Assembly (NCBI GenBank): GCA_963708025.1
Contig: CAVPSB010000044.1
Coordinates: 1 to 64,000 of the forward strand
DNA from: an uncultured Candidatus Rokubacteria bacterium
GTDB lineage: Bacteria > Methylomirabilota > Methylomirabilia > Rokubacteriales > DASRDR01
Length of the DNA stretch: 64,000 nucleotides
Direction: 5' to 3'
A program made the position numbers and the translations under genes. The notes beneath the pieces are model-generated. The model had not been told where the DNA came from, did not search any database, and saw only the letters and a program-made list of their open reading frames with translations. Positions 53,353-62,564 of this stretch are shown here, one piece after another. How positions within the stretch are numbered: position 1 is the stretch's first letter; every line of letters starts with the position of its first letter.

Positions 53353-54150
53353 GGGCGCTGGGGCCGGGGTGGGCGGCGCCGTGGTGGCTGGGCTCGCCGC
53401 CCCCGTGAGGGCGCGCTCGATCACGATGTCGCCGAACAGCTCCCGCTGCTGGGCGCGGGCGCGCTGGACCCGCACCAGCTCGAGCACGGCCAGGAGCGTC
53501 ACCACCACCTCCGGCCGGGGTGGCGCGGCCCCGAGGAGCGCCGAGAACATGACGTACCACGAGTGGTCGAGCACGCCCAGGATCTCCGCCATGCGGGCGA
53601 GGAGCGACGGGGGCTCGGGCTCCACGTCCCGGGTCGGCTCCCCGCGGGCCAGCCGGACGAGGAATCCCCGGTAGCTCTCGGTCAGGTCCCAGAGGCTCAC
53701 GCTCTCGATCGGCAGGTAGTCCGGCATCGGCAGCTCGCTCCACGTCCGGGTGAAGCGCTGACTCCAGGCCGCCTCCTGCGCTCGGAGCCACTCCCCGATC
53801 TCCTTCACCCGGGCGTAAGCGCGGAGGCGCGCCTCCAGCTCGAGGCGGAGGGCTTCGCCCTCCTCGTCCAGCGCCTCGTCGGGGATCTCCGGCTTCGGCA
53901 GCAGGAGCTTCGACTTCAGGTAGACGAGCGTGGCCGCCATGACGAGGAACGCACCGGAGTCCTCCAGGTCACGGAAGTCGGTGGACTCCAGGTAGGCGAG
54001 GTAGCGGTCGGTGATCTGGCGGATCGGGAGCCGCGCCAGATCGATCTCGTTGGAACGGGCCAGGTGGAGGAGGAGGTCGAGCGGCCCCTCGAACCCCTCG
54101 AGGTGGACGGTGAGCGGGGTCGCGGTGGCCTCCGGCGCCTCGGCGCTCAT
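53341..54150 (-). CDS. scpA: SMC-Scp subunit ScpA
   Basis: FEGPLDLLLHL, FLVMAATLVYLKSKLLLP, LLAVLELV. Confidence 0.95.
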   Translation of the reverse strand: MSAEAPEATATPLTVHLEGFEGPLDLLLHLARSNEIDLARLPIRQITDRYLAYLESTDFRDLEDSGAFLVMAATLVYLKSKLLLPKPEIPDEALDEEGEALRLELEARLRAYARVKEIGEWLRAQEAAWSQRFTRTWSELPMPDYLPIESVSLWDLTESYRGFLVRLARGEPTRDVEPEPPSLLARMAEILGVLDHSWYVMFSALLGAAPPRPEVVVTLLAVLELVRVQRARAQQRELFGDIVIERALTGAASPATTAPPTPAPAPESA

Positions 54151-55133
54151 GCAATCCCCACCGCAGACTTGGCTTCCGCCAGCGTCTGCCGGGCCGTCTC
54201 CCGGGCGCTGGCCGAGCCGGCGTGGAGGATCTCGCGGATCCGCTCCGGCCGGGCGGCGAACTCCGCGCGGCGCCCCCGGATCGCGTCGAGCCTCGGCATC
54301 AGGTGGTCGAGCAGGACGCCCTTGCAGTCCAGGCAGCCGATCCCGGCCGTCCGGCAGCCGGTGGCGAGGCGCTCCCGGTCGGCCGACGGCGTGAAGATCT
54401 CGTGAAGGTCGAACACCGGGCAGACCTCCGGGTTGCCGGGGTCGCTCCGGCGCTGACGGGCCGGGTCGGTCATCATCGTCCGGATCCGGGGGACGGTCAC
54501 CTCGGGCGGGTCGGCGAGGTAGATGGCGTTGTCGTAGGACTTCGACATCTTCCGCCCGTCGGTCCCGGGGACCTTCGGGATCACGGTGAGCTTGATCTCT
54601 GGCTCGGGGAAGACGGGGCCGAACAGGTGGTTGAACCGCCGCGCCACCTCGCGGGTCAGCTCGACATGCGGCGCCTGATCCACCCCGACCGGGACGTACC
54701 GGGGCTTGTAGATGAGGATGTCCGCCGACTGGAGAAGCGGATAGCCGAGGAGGCCATACGATGGGGACGTGAGCGCGAGCTGCTCCACCATCTCCTTATA
54801 GGTCGGGACGCGCTCGAGCCAGGCCACCGGGGTCAACATCGAGAAGAGGAGGTGGAGCTCGGCGTGCTCGGGGACGAGCGACTGCACGAAGAACGTGCTG
54901 CGAGCCGGGTCGAGGCCGGCCCCGAGCCAGTCGGCGACCATCTCCACGGTGTTGGCGGCAATCTCGCCCTTCTTCGGGATGTCGGTGGTCAAGGCGTGAT
55001 AGTCGGCCACGAAGTAGAAGCAGTCGTAGTCGGCCTGGAGGCGCACCCAGTTGTCGAGGGCGCCCAGCAAATTGCCCAGGTGCAGGCGGCCGGTCGGCCG
55101 CATGCCGGAGAGGATCCGCTCGCGCGCCGCCAC
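54147..55133 (-). CDS. trpS: Tryptophanyl-tRNA synthetase
   Basis: SGMRPTGRLHLGN, YPLLQSADI, VPVGVDQ, KMSKS. Confidence 0.96.
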   Translation of the reverse strand: MAARERILSGMRPTGRLHLGNLLGALDNWVRLQADYDCFYFVADYHALTTDIPKKGEIAANTVEMVADWLGAGLDPARSTFFVQSLVPEHAELHLLFSMLTPVAWLERVPTYKEMVEQLALTSPSYGLLGYPLLQSADILIYKPRYVPVGVDQAPHVELTREVARRFNHLFGPVFPEPEIKLTVIPKVPGTDGRKMSKSYDNAIYLADPPEVTVPRIRTMMTDPARQRRSDPGNPEVCPVFDLHEIFTPSADRERLATGCRTAGIGCLDCKGVLLDHLMPRLDAIRGRRAEFAARPERIREILHAGSASARETARQTLAEAKSAVGIA

Positions 55134-55897
55134 TACCCGGTCCTCCCGACCCGGCCGGTCTGCCGCTCCGCCGCCTCCGCCAGGTAGGCGACGAGCCGGG
55201 TCACGTCGGCCGGGGTGTCCACCCCGAGCGAGGCGTGAGGCGTCACCAGGACACGGATCCGGACGCCGTGCTCGAGGGCCCGGAGCTGCTCCAGCGTCTC
55301 GGTCCGCTCGAGCGGCGTGGGCGGCAGCGCGGCGAAGCGCTGGAGGAAGCCGGCGCGGAACACGTAGATCCCGATGTGCCGGAGCGTGGTCACCAGCCCG
55401 GCTTGCCGCCGGAACGGGATCGGCGCCCGCGAGAAGTAGAGCGCGAAGCCGGCCTGGTCGAGCACCACCTTGGTCGCGTTGATGTCTTCCCTCTCGTCGG
55501 TGTCGCGGATCGGATGGGCGAGCGTTCCCATCTCGATCGCCGGGTTGGCCGCCATCACCCGGACCACCTCGTCGACCGCCCTGGCGTCGAAGGTCGGCTC
55601 GTCGCCCTGCAGGTTGACCACCAGCTCGGCGTCCTCGCTGCGCATGGCCTCGGCCACCCGGTCGGTTCCGCTCGGATGGGTCGGGCTCGTCATCACGACG
55701 GCGCCGCCGAAGCCGCGCACCGCATTCGCGATGCGCTCGTCGTCGGTGGCCACCACCACCCGATCCACGGTGCCGAGCAGCCGTGCCCGCTCCCACACGT
55801 GCTGGATGAGGGGCTTGCCGCGAACCTCGGCCAGGGCCTTGCCCGGGAAGCGCACCGAGGCGAAGCGGGCCGGGATGACGGCGACCGCGCGGGTCAT
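55133..55897 (-). CDS. kdsB: CMP-KDO synthetase
   Basis: IPARFASVRFPGKAL, SGTDRV, NLQGDEP, LYFSR, HIGIY, LEQLRALE. Confidence 0.96.
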   Translation of the reverse strand: MTRAVAVIPARFASVRFPGKALAEVRGKPLIQHVWERARLLGTVDRVVVATDDERIANAVRGFGGAVVMTSPTHPSGTDRVAEAMRSEDAELVVNLQGDEPTFDARAVDEVVRVMAANPAIEMGTLAHPIRDTDEREDINATKVVLDQAGFALYFSRAPIPFRRQAGLVTTLRHIGIYVFRAGFLQRFAALPPTPLERTETLEQLRALEHGVRIRVLVTPHASLGVDTPADVTRLVAYLAEAAERQTGRVGRTG

Positions 55898-56191
55898 TCG
55901 GGATCACCCTCTCGGCCGGCGCGCCTCGGGCCTACGGCCCTCGGGACGCGGCGGCCTCTGGCCCCACCCATCGACGGCCTTCGGCCTTTGGCGACCCCTC
56001 CCCACCCATGGACGGCCTTCGGCCTTTGGCCGGGGGGAGGGGAGGCGCGCCGCGATCCCGACGCCCCGCCTGGCCGGACGGACGAGCGGGTTGACACGGG
56101 GGGTCTCATTCGGGTGTTCCCTCGCCCCCGGCCCCTCTCACCCCGAAGGGGGAGGGGCGATTCCGGCTTCCGCGGCCGCATGGGCGCCGTT
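55898..56191. repeat. Composite palindromic insert of two family-B-like modules, carrying family-A sub-hairpins
   Basis: TCATTCGGG at 55894 and 56106; two copies of GACGGCCTTCGGCCTTTGG; CCCCTCTC...GGGGGAGGGG hairpin. Confidence 0.75.
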
Positions 56192-56947
56192 TCATCGCTC
56201 GCGCGTGTGTACGATCTCGCGCACCTTGGCGGCGCGGAGGAACACGTAGTGGGCGTAGAGGAGGGCCAGCACCAGGCCCCGCCGGCCGTCCAGGAACCCC
56301 GCCCGCAGGAGATACATGGAGACGAACCGCCAGGCCGGCCGGAGGAGGAGGTCGGCCAGGCTGCCGCCGCGCCCGGTCGCCGCCAGTTCGCGGGCGGCCA
56401 GCTCCGAGTAGCGGTTGGCCCGGGCGACGAAGTCCTCGATGCCGCGGTAGCTCTGGTGGTCGAGCGCGGCCCGGAGCCGGCCCACCGACCCGTCCACGCG
56501 GACCGACTCGTGGACGGCGCTCGCGGTGAAGCGCCCGCGACCCCGGCGGAAGAGGCGCAGCTGGTAGTCGGGATACCAGCCGCCGTGGCGGACCCAGGCC
56601 CCCTGGAAGAAGTTCCGGCGGGGGATCAGGTAGCCGACGTGGCCGGGGGAGCCGGCGAGCGTGGCGACGATCTCCTCACGGAGCCGCTCCGACACGCGCT
56701 CGTCGGCGTCGAGCGCCAGGATCCAGTCGGCCTGGCACTGCGCGAGCGCGAAGTTCTTCTGCGCCCCGTACCCTTCCCAGCCGTGGAACAGGACGCGGTC
56801 GGTGAACTCCCGGGCGATGGCCACGGTCTTGTCGCTCGAGCCCGAGTCGACGACGACGATCTCGTCGGCCCAGCCGACGCTCTCCAGGCACGCCCGGATG
56901 CGCTCCTCCTCGTTCAGCGCGATGATCGCGACGGACAGGCTAGCCAT
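56192..56947 (-). CDS. GT2 glycosyltransferase (KdtX/WaaE-like, LPS core)
   Basis: IIALNEE, VVDSGSSD, LALDADE, WYPDYQLRLF. Confidence 0.92.
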   Translation of the reverse strand: MASLSVAIIALNEEERIRACLESVGWADEIVVVDSGSSDKTVAIAREFTDRVLFHGWEGYGAQKNFALAQCQADWILALDADERVSERLREEIVATLAGSPGHVGYLIPRRNFFQGAWVRHGGWYPDYQLRLFRRGRGRFTASAVHESVRVDGSVGRLRAALDHQSYRGIEDFVARANRYSELAARELAATGRGGSLADLLLRPAWRFVSMYLLRAGFLDGRRGLVLALLYAHYVFLRAAKVREIVHTRER

Positions 56948-57011
56948 CCTCGTCCGACACGCTCCTAGGCTCCATGAAGCACCGAGGTGACGGCAGGCGA
57001 GCCAATTGCCG

Positions 57012-57179
57012 GGGGCGGGGCCGAGGAGCGAGCAGCGCCCACAGGCCGAAGGCCGTCCAATGGACGCAGGGAGTCGCCGACCGCAGGCGTATGCCGCATA
57101 CACCGAGGATCGGCGACAACCCCAAAGGCCGAAGGCCGTCCGAACGACGACGCGATGCGACGCTCATCGGCCCTGCCCC
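57012..57179. repeat. Dispersed structured repeat family A, copy 3
   Basis: Same TIR and core; abuts the epimerase TAG. Confidence 0.9.
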
Positions 57180-58138
57180 TAGTCATCGAAGCCCCCGGCC
57201 GCCTCGACCCGCTCCACCCAGGCGATCTCGTCGCGGAGGCCGTCGGCCAGCGAGGCCTTGGGCGACCAGCCGAGGAGGTCCGCCGCTCGCGTGACGTCTC
57301 CATACGTGTGGGGCATCTCGCCGGGGCCGCCCGCCGCGGTCTCGAGCCGGGCCGGTCGGCCGGTCAGGCGCTCGAGCAGCCCGATGGCGTCCCGTAGCTC
57401 GATGCGGCTGCCCCCCGCCACGTTCACGACCTCGCCCGGCGGCACCGCCGCCTCGGCCGCGCGACACGTCGCGTCCACGATGTCCCCGACGAAGGTGAAG
57501 TCGCGGGTCTGGCGCCCGTCGCCGAAGACAGGGATCGGCCGGCCGGCCCGGAGTGCCCGGATGAAGCGGTGAAAGGCCATGTCCGGACGCTGGCGCGAGC
57601 CGAACACGGTGAAGTAGCGCAGGGCGATCGTCGGAACCCCGTACGCCGCCGCATACAGGCCGCACAGATGCTCGCCGGCCAGCTTGGTGACCCCGTACGG
57701 TGAGAGCGGGCGGGTCGGGCTGTCCTCCCGCATCGGCAGCTCCGATCGGCCGTACACGGCCGACGACGAAGCATAGACGAAGCGACGGAGGCCACCATCG
57801 CGGGTCGCCTCGAGCAGCCGCTGGGTGCCGAGGATGTTCCGGTCGGTGTAGATCTGGAAGGCGTGGCCCCAGCTCGGTCGCACTCCCGCCTGGGCGGCCA
57901 GGTGAAAGACGACGTGGACGCCCTCCAGCAGCGGCGCCAGGTCGAGCTCGAGCAGGTCGCCCCGCACCAGGCAGAAGGCCGGCTGCTCGCGAAGGCCCGC
58001 GAGATTCGCCTCCTTGAGGCTCGCCGCGTAGTAGTCGGTGAACCCGTCCACGCCGACGACCGTGTGGCCGTCGGCGATCAGGCGTTCCGTGAGGTGCGAG
58101 CCGATGAAGCCGGCGCAGCCGGTGACCAGGCACTTCAC
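57179..58138 (-). CDS. NAD-dependent nucleotide-sugar epimerase/dehydratase
   Basis: GCAGFIG, HLAAQAGVR, SSSAVYG, YGVTK, RPDMA. Confidence 0.93.
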   Translation of the reverse strand: MKCLVTGCAGFIGSHLTERLIADGHTVVGVDGFTDYYAASLKEANLAGLREQPAFCLVRGDLLELDLAPLLEGVHVVFHLAAQAGVRPSWGHAFQIYTDRNILGTQRLLEATRDGGLRRFVYASSSAVYGRSELPMREDSPTRPLSPYGVTKLAGEHLCGLYAAAYGVPTIALRYFTVFGSRQRPDMAFHRFIRALRAGRPIPVFGDGRQTRDFTFVGDIVDATCRAAEAAVPPGEVVNVAGGSRIELRDAIGLLERLTGRPARLETAAGGPGEMPHTYGDVTRAADLLGWSPKASLADGLRDEIAWVERVEAAGGFDD

Positions 58139-59244
58139 GGCAGGAGTCGAGCGGCCGCCGCCAGCACGCGCTCCACCTCGATCGCGGCCATCTGACCGGT
58201 TGGACTCTGCACCGTGGCGACCCGGGGCCCGTAGGGCCCGTTTCGCCGGGCGTCGGTCGGACCGTAGAGGCCGACGGTCGGGACGCCCAGCGCGGCGGCG
58301 AGGTGGATCGGCCCGGTATCGCCGCCCACGACGAGGGTGGCCCGCCGCAAGAGGGCGACCATCTCGGGGATCGACGTGGCGGGCGGGATGAGCGGCGTCT
58401 CCCGCATCCCGGCGCCGATGGACCGCGCCAGGCCGTCCTCCCCCGGTCCCCAGCAGAGGACCGGTCGCGCCCCGAGCCGGGCCGCGAGCGCCTCCCCCAG
58501 CTGCCGGTATGCCGCAACCGCCCAGCGCTTCGCCGGGCCGCCTGCCCCCGGGTTGAGGGCCAGGAGCCGGGTCTCGGGCTTGACCCCGTCCTTTTCCAGG
58601 ACGCGGGCGATCACGCCTTCCGCGGCCGGGTCGGCGGCGAGCGGGAACACGGGCTCGCTGGCCTCCGCGCGGCCGACGCCGATCGCGGCCAGCACCGCCA
58701 GGTTCTCCTCGACGACGTGGATGGGGCCGGGCGGGAGGGCCACGCGCCGGTTGGTGAACAGGGCGTTCCCCCGCTCCCGGCAGTCGCGGAGCGCGAAACC
58801 CACGCGGAGCGGTGCCCGCGTGAGGCTCGTGATGAGCCCACTCTTGAGGTTCCCCTGCACGTCGAGGGCGACGTCGAAGCGGCCGGCCGCGAGCCGGCGG
58901 ATCAGGCCCCGGACCTTGAGGAACACCGCTCGCGTCCCGCCCGGGCGGCGGAAGTCACGCCGCCACAGCCGCGTATCGACCGGGACCACGTGATCGATGT
59001 CCGGGTTCCCGAGGAGAATGGCCTCCTCACGCCGCTCGACGATCCAGGTCAGTTCGGCGCCGGGAAACCGACACCGGATCGCATGAGCGAGCGGCAGCGC
59101 GTGGACGACGTCGCCCAGCGACGAGAGCTTGACGAGCGCGATCGCCAGGCCGCGCCCGTCGCTCCATCCGCTTCTCGATCCCGCGGGGACCGGGCACCGG
59201 CGGAGCCCGAACGGTCCCGGCGCGTCGCCCACCGCGATGTTCAT
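58135..59244 (-). CDS. waaC: GT9 heptosyltransferase I-like, with an N-terminal insertion
   Basis: [33 protein letters not shown]. Confidence 0.82.
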   Translation of the reverse strand: MNIAVGDAPGPFGLRRCPVPAGSRSGWSDGRGLAIALVKLSSLGDVVHALPLAHAIRCRFPGAELTWIVERREEAILLGNPDIDHVVPVDTRLWRRDFRRPGGTRAVFLKVRGLIRRLAAGRFDVALDVQGNLKSGLITSLTRAPLRVGFALRDCRERGNALFTNRRVALPPGPIHVVEENLAVLAAIGVGRAEASEPVFPLAADPAAEGVIARVLEKDGVKPETRLLALNPGAGGPAKRWAVAAYRQLGEALAARLGARPVLCWGPGEDGLARSIGAGMRETPLIPPATSIPEMVALLRRATLVVGGDTGPIHLAAALGVPTVGLYGPTDARRNGPYGPRVATVQSPTGQMAAIEVERVLAAAARLLP

Positions 59245-59744
59245 CGCCGGCCCGGACCCGGCGTCGGCTGGGCGAAGCGCTCCAGGATCTCGGCGATCAG
59301 GTCGCGGCTCGAGTGCTGCTTGGGGTCGCCAGCGATCGCCACCTCGCCGCCGGCGGCGCGCACAGCGGGCGCCTCGGGCACGGACTCTCGCGTGTAGTCG
59401 GTGCCCTTGGCGTGGACCGCCGGCCGCAGCGAGGCCACCAGGCGATCGGCGGTGTCGTCGTCGAAGACGACCACGTGGTCCACGGACTCCAGCGCGGCCA
59501 GGATCTCGGCCCGTTCGGCGGCCGGCATGAGCGGCCGGCCGGGACCCTTCAGCCGGCGCACCGAGGCGTCGGAGTTGAGCCCGACGATCAGCACGTCCCC
59601 CAGGCCGCGGGCGGCGGCGAGGTAGCGAACGTGGCCCACGTGCAGGAGATCGAAGCAGCCGTTCGCCAGCACCACCCGTCAACCCTGGGAGCGCGCGCGC
59701 TGGGCGACCGCGCGCGCCCCGTCAAGGTCGAGCACCTTGTCCAT
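59241..59744 (-). pseudogene. rfaE2: ADP-heptose adenylyltransferase (RfaE domain II) with an in-frame TGA at codon 22
   Basis: ATG 59744 [53 protein letters not shown] restart possible at 59675. Confidence 0.8.
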
Positions 59745-60798
59745 CGTGCTCGGCGCGACCCTCCGCGTCGTGACGGATCGCCTCGCACAGCTCGTCCCGC
59801 GTGATGGGCGCGGTTCCCCGCTTCATCACGACGACACCGCCGGCGTAGTTCGACAGCCGCGCCGCCTCCAGGGGCTGGGCGCCCCCGGCCAGGGCCAGCG
59901 TGAAGGTGCTGATCACGGTGTCGCCCGCCCCGGTGACGTCGGCGATCTCGTCCCCACCGTAGATGGGCAGGAAGGTCGCGTCGCCGCCCCGCTCGAACAG
60001 CGCCATGCCGTTCGAGCCGCGGGTGACCAGCAGCAGGCTGCTCCCGAGCCGCTCGAGCAGCCGCCAGCCCGCCTGCTCGACCGCCTTCTCGCCGTCGAGC
60101 GACAGCCCGAGCAGCTGCTCCACCTCGGGCTCGCTCGGCGTCGCCACCATGAGCCCCTCGAAGCGGAGCAGCTCGTAGCGGGAGTCGGCGCTCACCAGCA
60201 CACCCCGCGCGCCGAGCTGCCGGACGGCGTCGAGCAGGCGGGGGGTGATGGTGCCGTACCCGTAGTCGGAGAGCACGACCGCGTGGATCTGCCCCGCCCA
60301 GCCGGCTAGCCGCTCGAGGAGGGCGGCCTCGGCGGCCGGCGGGATGGCGCCGTCCGGCTCGCGGTCCACGCGCACGATCTGTTGCCGCGTCGCCTTGTAG
60401 CCCCCGGCCATGATCCGCGTCTTGATCGGCGTCGTCCGGCCCGGTGCCGTGACGACGCCCTCGTCGCTGACCCCGAGCTGGGCCAACAGCTCGCGCAGGC
60501 CAGCGCCGGCCCAGTCGTCCCCCACCACGCCGAGCGGCAGGACCCGCGCCCCCAGGGTATGGAGATTGTGACAGGCGTTGGCGGCGCCACCCAGCCGGAC
60601 GTCGCGCGAGAGGAACTTCAGGATCAGAACCGGAGCTTCGCGGGAGACGCGGCCCGGCTTGCCGTGCACGTACTCGTCGGCGACCAGATCGCCGAGGACC
60701 ACGACGTGTTTTCCCTGGAAGGCCTCGACGAGGCGGAGCAGGCGGGCGCCGTCGGCACTCGCTCGGCCTGGACCCGCCCCACGGACGGACGTCGCCAT
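59722..60798 (-). CDS. rfaE1: Heptose-7-phosphate kinase (RfaE domain I, PfkB family)
   Basis: RVSREAPV, LGGAAN, LSDYGYG, DVTGAGDTV. Confidence 0.9.
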   Translation of the reverse strand: MATSVRGAGPGRASADGARLLRLVEAFQGKHVVVLGDLVADEYVHGKPGRVSREAPVLILKFLSRDVRLGGAANACHNLHTLGARVLPLGVVGDDWAGAGLRELLAQLGVSDEGVVTAPGRTTPIKTRIMAGGYKATRQQIVRVDREPDGAIPPAAEAALLERLAGWAGQIHAVVLSDYGYGTITPRLLDAVRQLGARGVLVSADSRYELLRFEGLMVATPSEPEVEQLLGLSLDGEKAVEQAGWRLLERLGSSLLLVTRGSNGMALFERGGDATFLPIYGGDEIADVTGAGDTVISTFTLALAGGAQPLEAARLSNYAGGVVVMKRGTAPITRDELCEAIRHDAEGRAEHDGQGARP

Positions 60799-60805
60799 CG
60801 GGGCC

Positions 60806-60811
60806 ATTATA
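60806..60811 (-). promoter_or_regulatory. -10 box 7 nt upstream of the rfaE1 ATG (leaderless candidate)
   Basis: TATAAT-ggccccg-ATG with no Shine-Dalgarno. Confidence 0.55.
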
Positions 60812-60873
60812 CGGATCGCGGTAAGGCTGAAAAGCGCCTTTTCAGGCTCCCCCGGGAACGGGGGCCACACGGG

Positions 60874-61239
60874 TCAGGGGGGGCCGATCAACTGGCGGAT
60901 CTTGTCCCTCAGCTCCTCGTACTTCACCGGCTTGCCGAACCCGGCCTGGACGTCGAGGTCGAAGGTGACGACGTCCCACAGCGCGGAGACGACGATGATC
61001 GGCAGCGTAGCGAAGCGCGCCCACTCCGGGTCGCGTCGCAGGAGCTGGACGAGACTGGCGCCGCCCAGCTCCGGCATGTTGATGTCCAGGACCAGCAAGT
61101 CCACCTCGTTGGCGCGGAGCTTCTCGAGCGCGCTCCGCCCGTCGTAGGCCACCACGACCTGGTACCCGTCGCGATCGAGAAACTTCGAGAACATCTCGCA
61201 GATCGCCACGTCGTCGTCCACGACCATGACCCGCTTCAC
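60874..61239 (-). CDS. Single-domain response regulator
   Basis: VVDDD, LVLDINMP, VVSA, GKP. Confidence 0.9.
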   Translation of the reverse strand: MKRVMVVDDDVAICEMFSKFLDRDGYQVVVAYDGRSALEKLRANEVDLLVLDINMPELGGASLVQLLRRDPEWARFATLPIIVVSALWDVVTFDLDVQAGFGKPVKYEELRDKIRQLIGPP

Positions 61240-61379
61240 GGCCTACCCCACGAAGACCCACGTGCGGCCGGCCCCCAGGGCCGGCGTGGCCCGAGGGTCG
61301 CGACTGTGCACGCTGGCGAGGCGCGGCTCAGCATCCATGGGTACGCGTGGTTCCGGTGAAGAGCCCGAACCGGGCGATA

Positions 61380-62564
61380 TTAGCACAGGCCAGGCGGGAG
61401 CCCAAGGATGGCCGCGTACACCTCCTCCACCAGCGAGGCCCGCCGCTCGGACGTGAAGAGCGTGGTCACCCGTCGCCGGCCCGCGATCCCCATCGCGCGG
61501 GCCCGCACCGGATCGGCCAGCAGCGCGGTCAGCCGGTCGGCGATCGCGTCAGGTCGCGGATCGACGAGCCAGCCCGTGTCGCCCTCGACCACCGTCTCCG
61601 GCATCGCGCCGAACCGTCCGGCCACCACGGGTCGGCCCGCGGCCATCGCCTCCAGCACCGCGCGTCCCGATTCTTCCGATCCGCCGGCCGGCAGGACGAA
61701 GCCGTCCATCACGGTCAGGACCTGCGCGAGGTCGTCGCCGCGATACCCTGCGAAGACGACGAGGTCGGCGAGCCCGAGCACCTGGACCAGCGCCTCGATG
61801 GCTGGACGGCCTTCGCCCCGCCCGACCAGGAGCAGACGGAGCGTCGGCCAGCTCCCCCGGAGGCGGCTCACCGCGTGGAGGAGTGCGTCGTGACCCCGCC
61901 CGGGAACGAGGCGCGCCACGCAGCCGATCACCGGGCCAGCCCCCAGCGCGAGCTCGGCCCGCACGGCGCTCGGGTCGGCATCGGGCCGGAAGCGCCGGGC
62001 GTCGACGGCGCCGGGGACCACCGTGAGTCGCCTCGCCGGGAGGCCGGCGGCGCGGATCACGGCCGCGATCGCTTCGCTGGCCGCGAGGACGGCGTCCGTC
62101 CGGCCGAACAGCCAGCGTGACGCGGGGCCGGGGCGGATGGCGCGCCGGTGGTGAACGGTGCGCACCAGGCGGCACGACAGCCCGCGAAGGGCCACGGCCG
62201 CCAGCCAGTGGTCGTGCGTGAGGTGGGCGTGCACCACCTGGATCCGACCATCCCGGGCGAGCCGGCGCAGCACGTGGACGTCGCGTACGAGGATCCAGGG
62301 GCGCGCGGTGCGCTCGAGCGAGAGGCCGGCCACCGGCGGCAGCATCGCGGCGGTGGCCCGGGCTTCGAGCGCGTCGCCGCGGATGCACGCGAAGTGCACG
62401 CCGTGACCGCGATCGCGGAGCGTGCACGCGAGGTCGAGCGCCGGATCCGCGCTTCCCGTCCACCAGCGGTTGGCGACGGTCTGCAGGACGCGAAGCGCCC
62501 TCACGGGTTGACCCTGGCCCCGGAGGGGTCCGGCCTCCCTGCCCGTCGGCCCGGACCCGCTCAT
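61380..62564 (-). CDS. GT4 glycosyltransferase
   Basis: VHAHLTHD, VARLVPGRGH, EESGRAVLEAMAAGRPVV. Confidence 0.88.
   Translation of the reverse strand: MSGSGPTGREAGPLRGQGQPVRALRVLQTVANRWWTGSADPALDLACTLRDRGHGVHFACIRGDALEARATAAMLPPVAGLSLERTARPWILVRDVHVLRRLARDGRIQVVHAHLTHDHWLAAVALRGLSCRLVRTVHHRRAIRPGPASRWLFGRTDAVLAASEAIAAVIRAAGLPARRLTVVPGAVDARRFRPDADPSAVRAELALGAGPVIGCVARLVPGRGHDALLHAVSRLRGSWPTLRLLLVGRGEGRPAIEALVQVLGLADLVVFAGYRGDDLAQVLTVMDGFVLPAGGSEESGRAVLEAMAAGRPVVAGRFGAMPETVVEGDTGWLVDPRPDAIADRLTALLADPVRARAMGIAGRRRVTTLFTSERRASLVEEVYAAILGLPPGLC

Noticed and set aside
59679-59681. Selenocysteine recoding of the rfaE2 TGA
   Set aside because: The position corresponds to a non-catalytic basic residue, not Cys, and no SECIS was evident.
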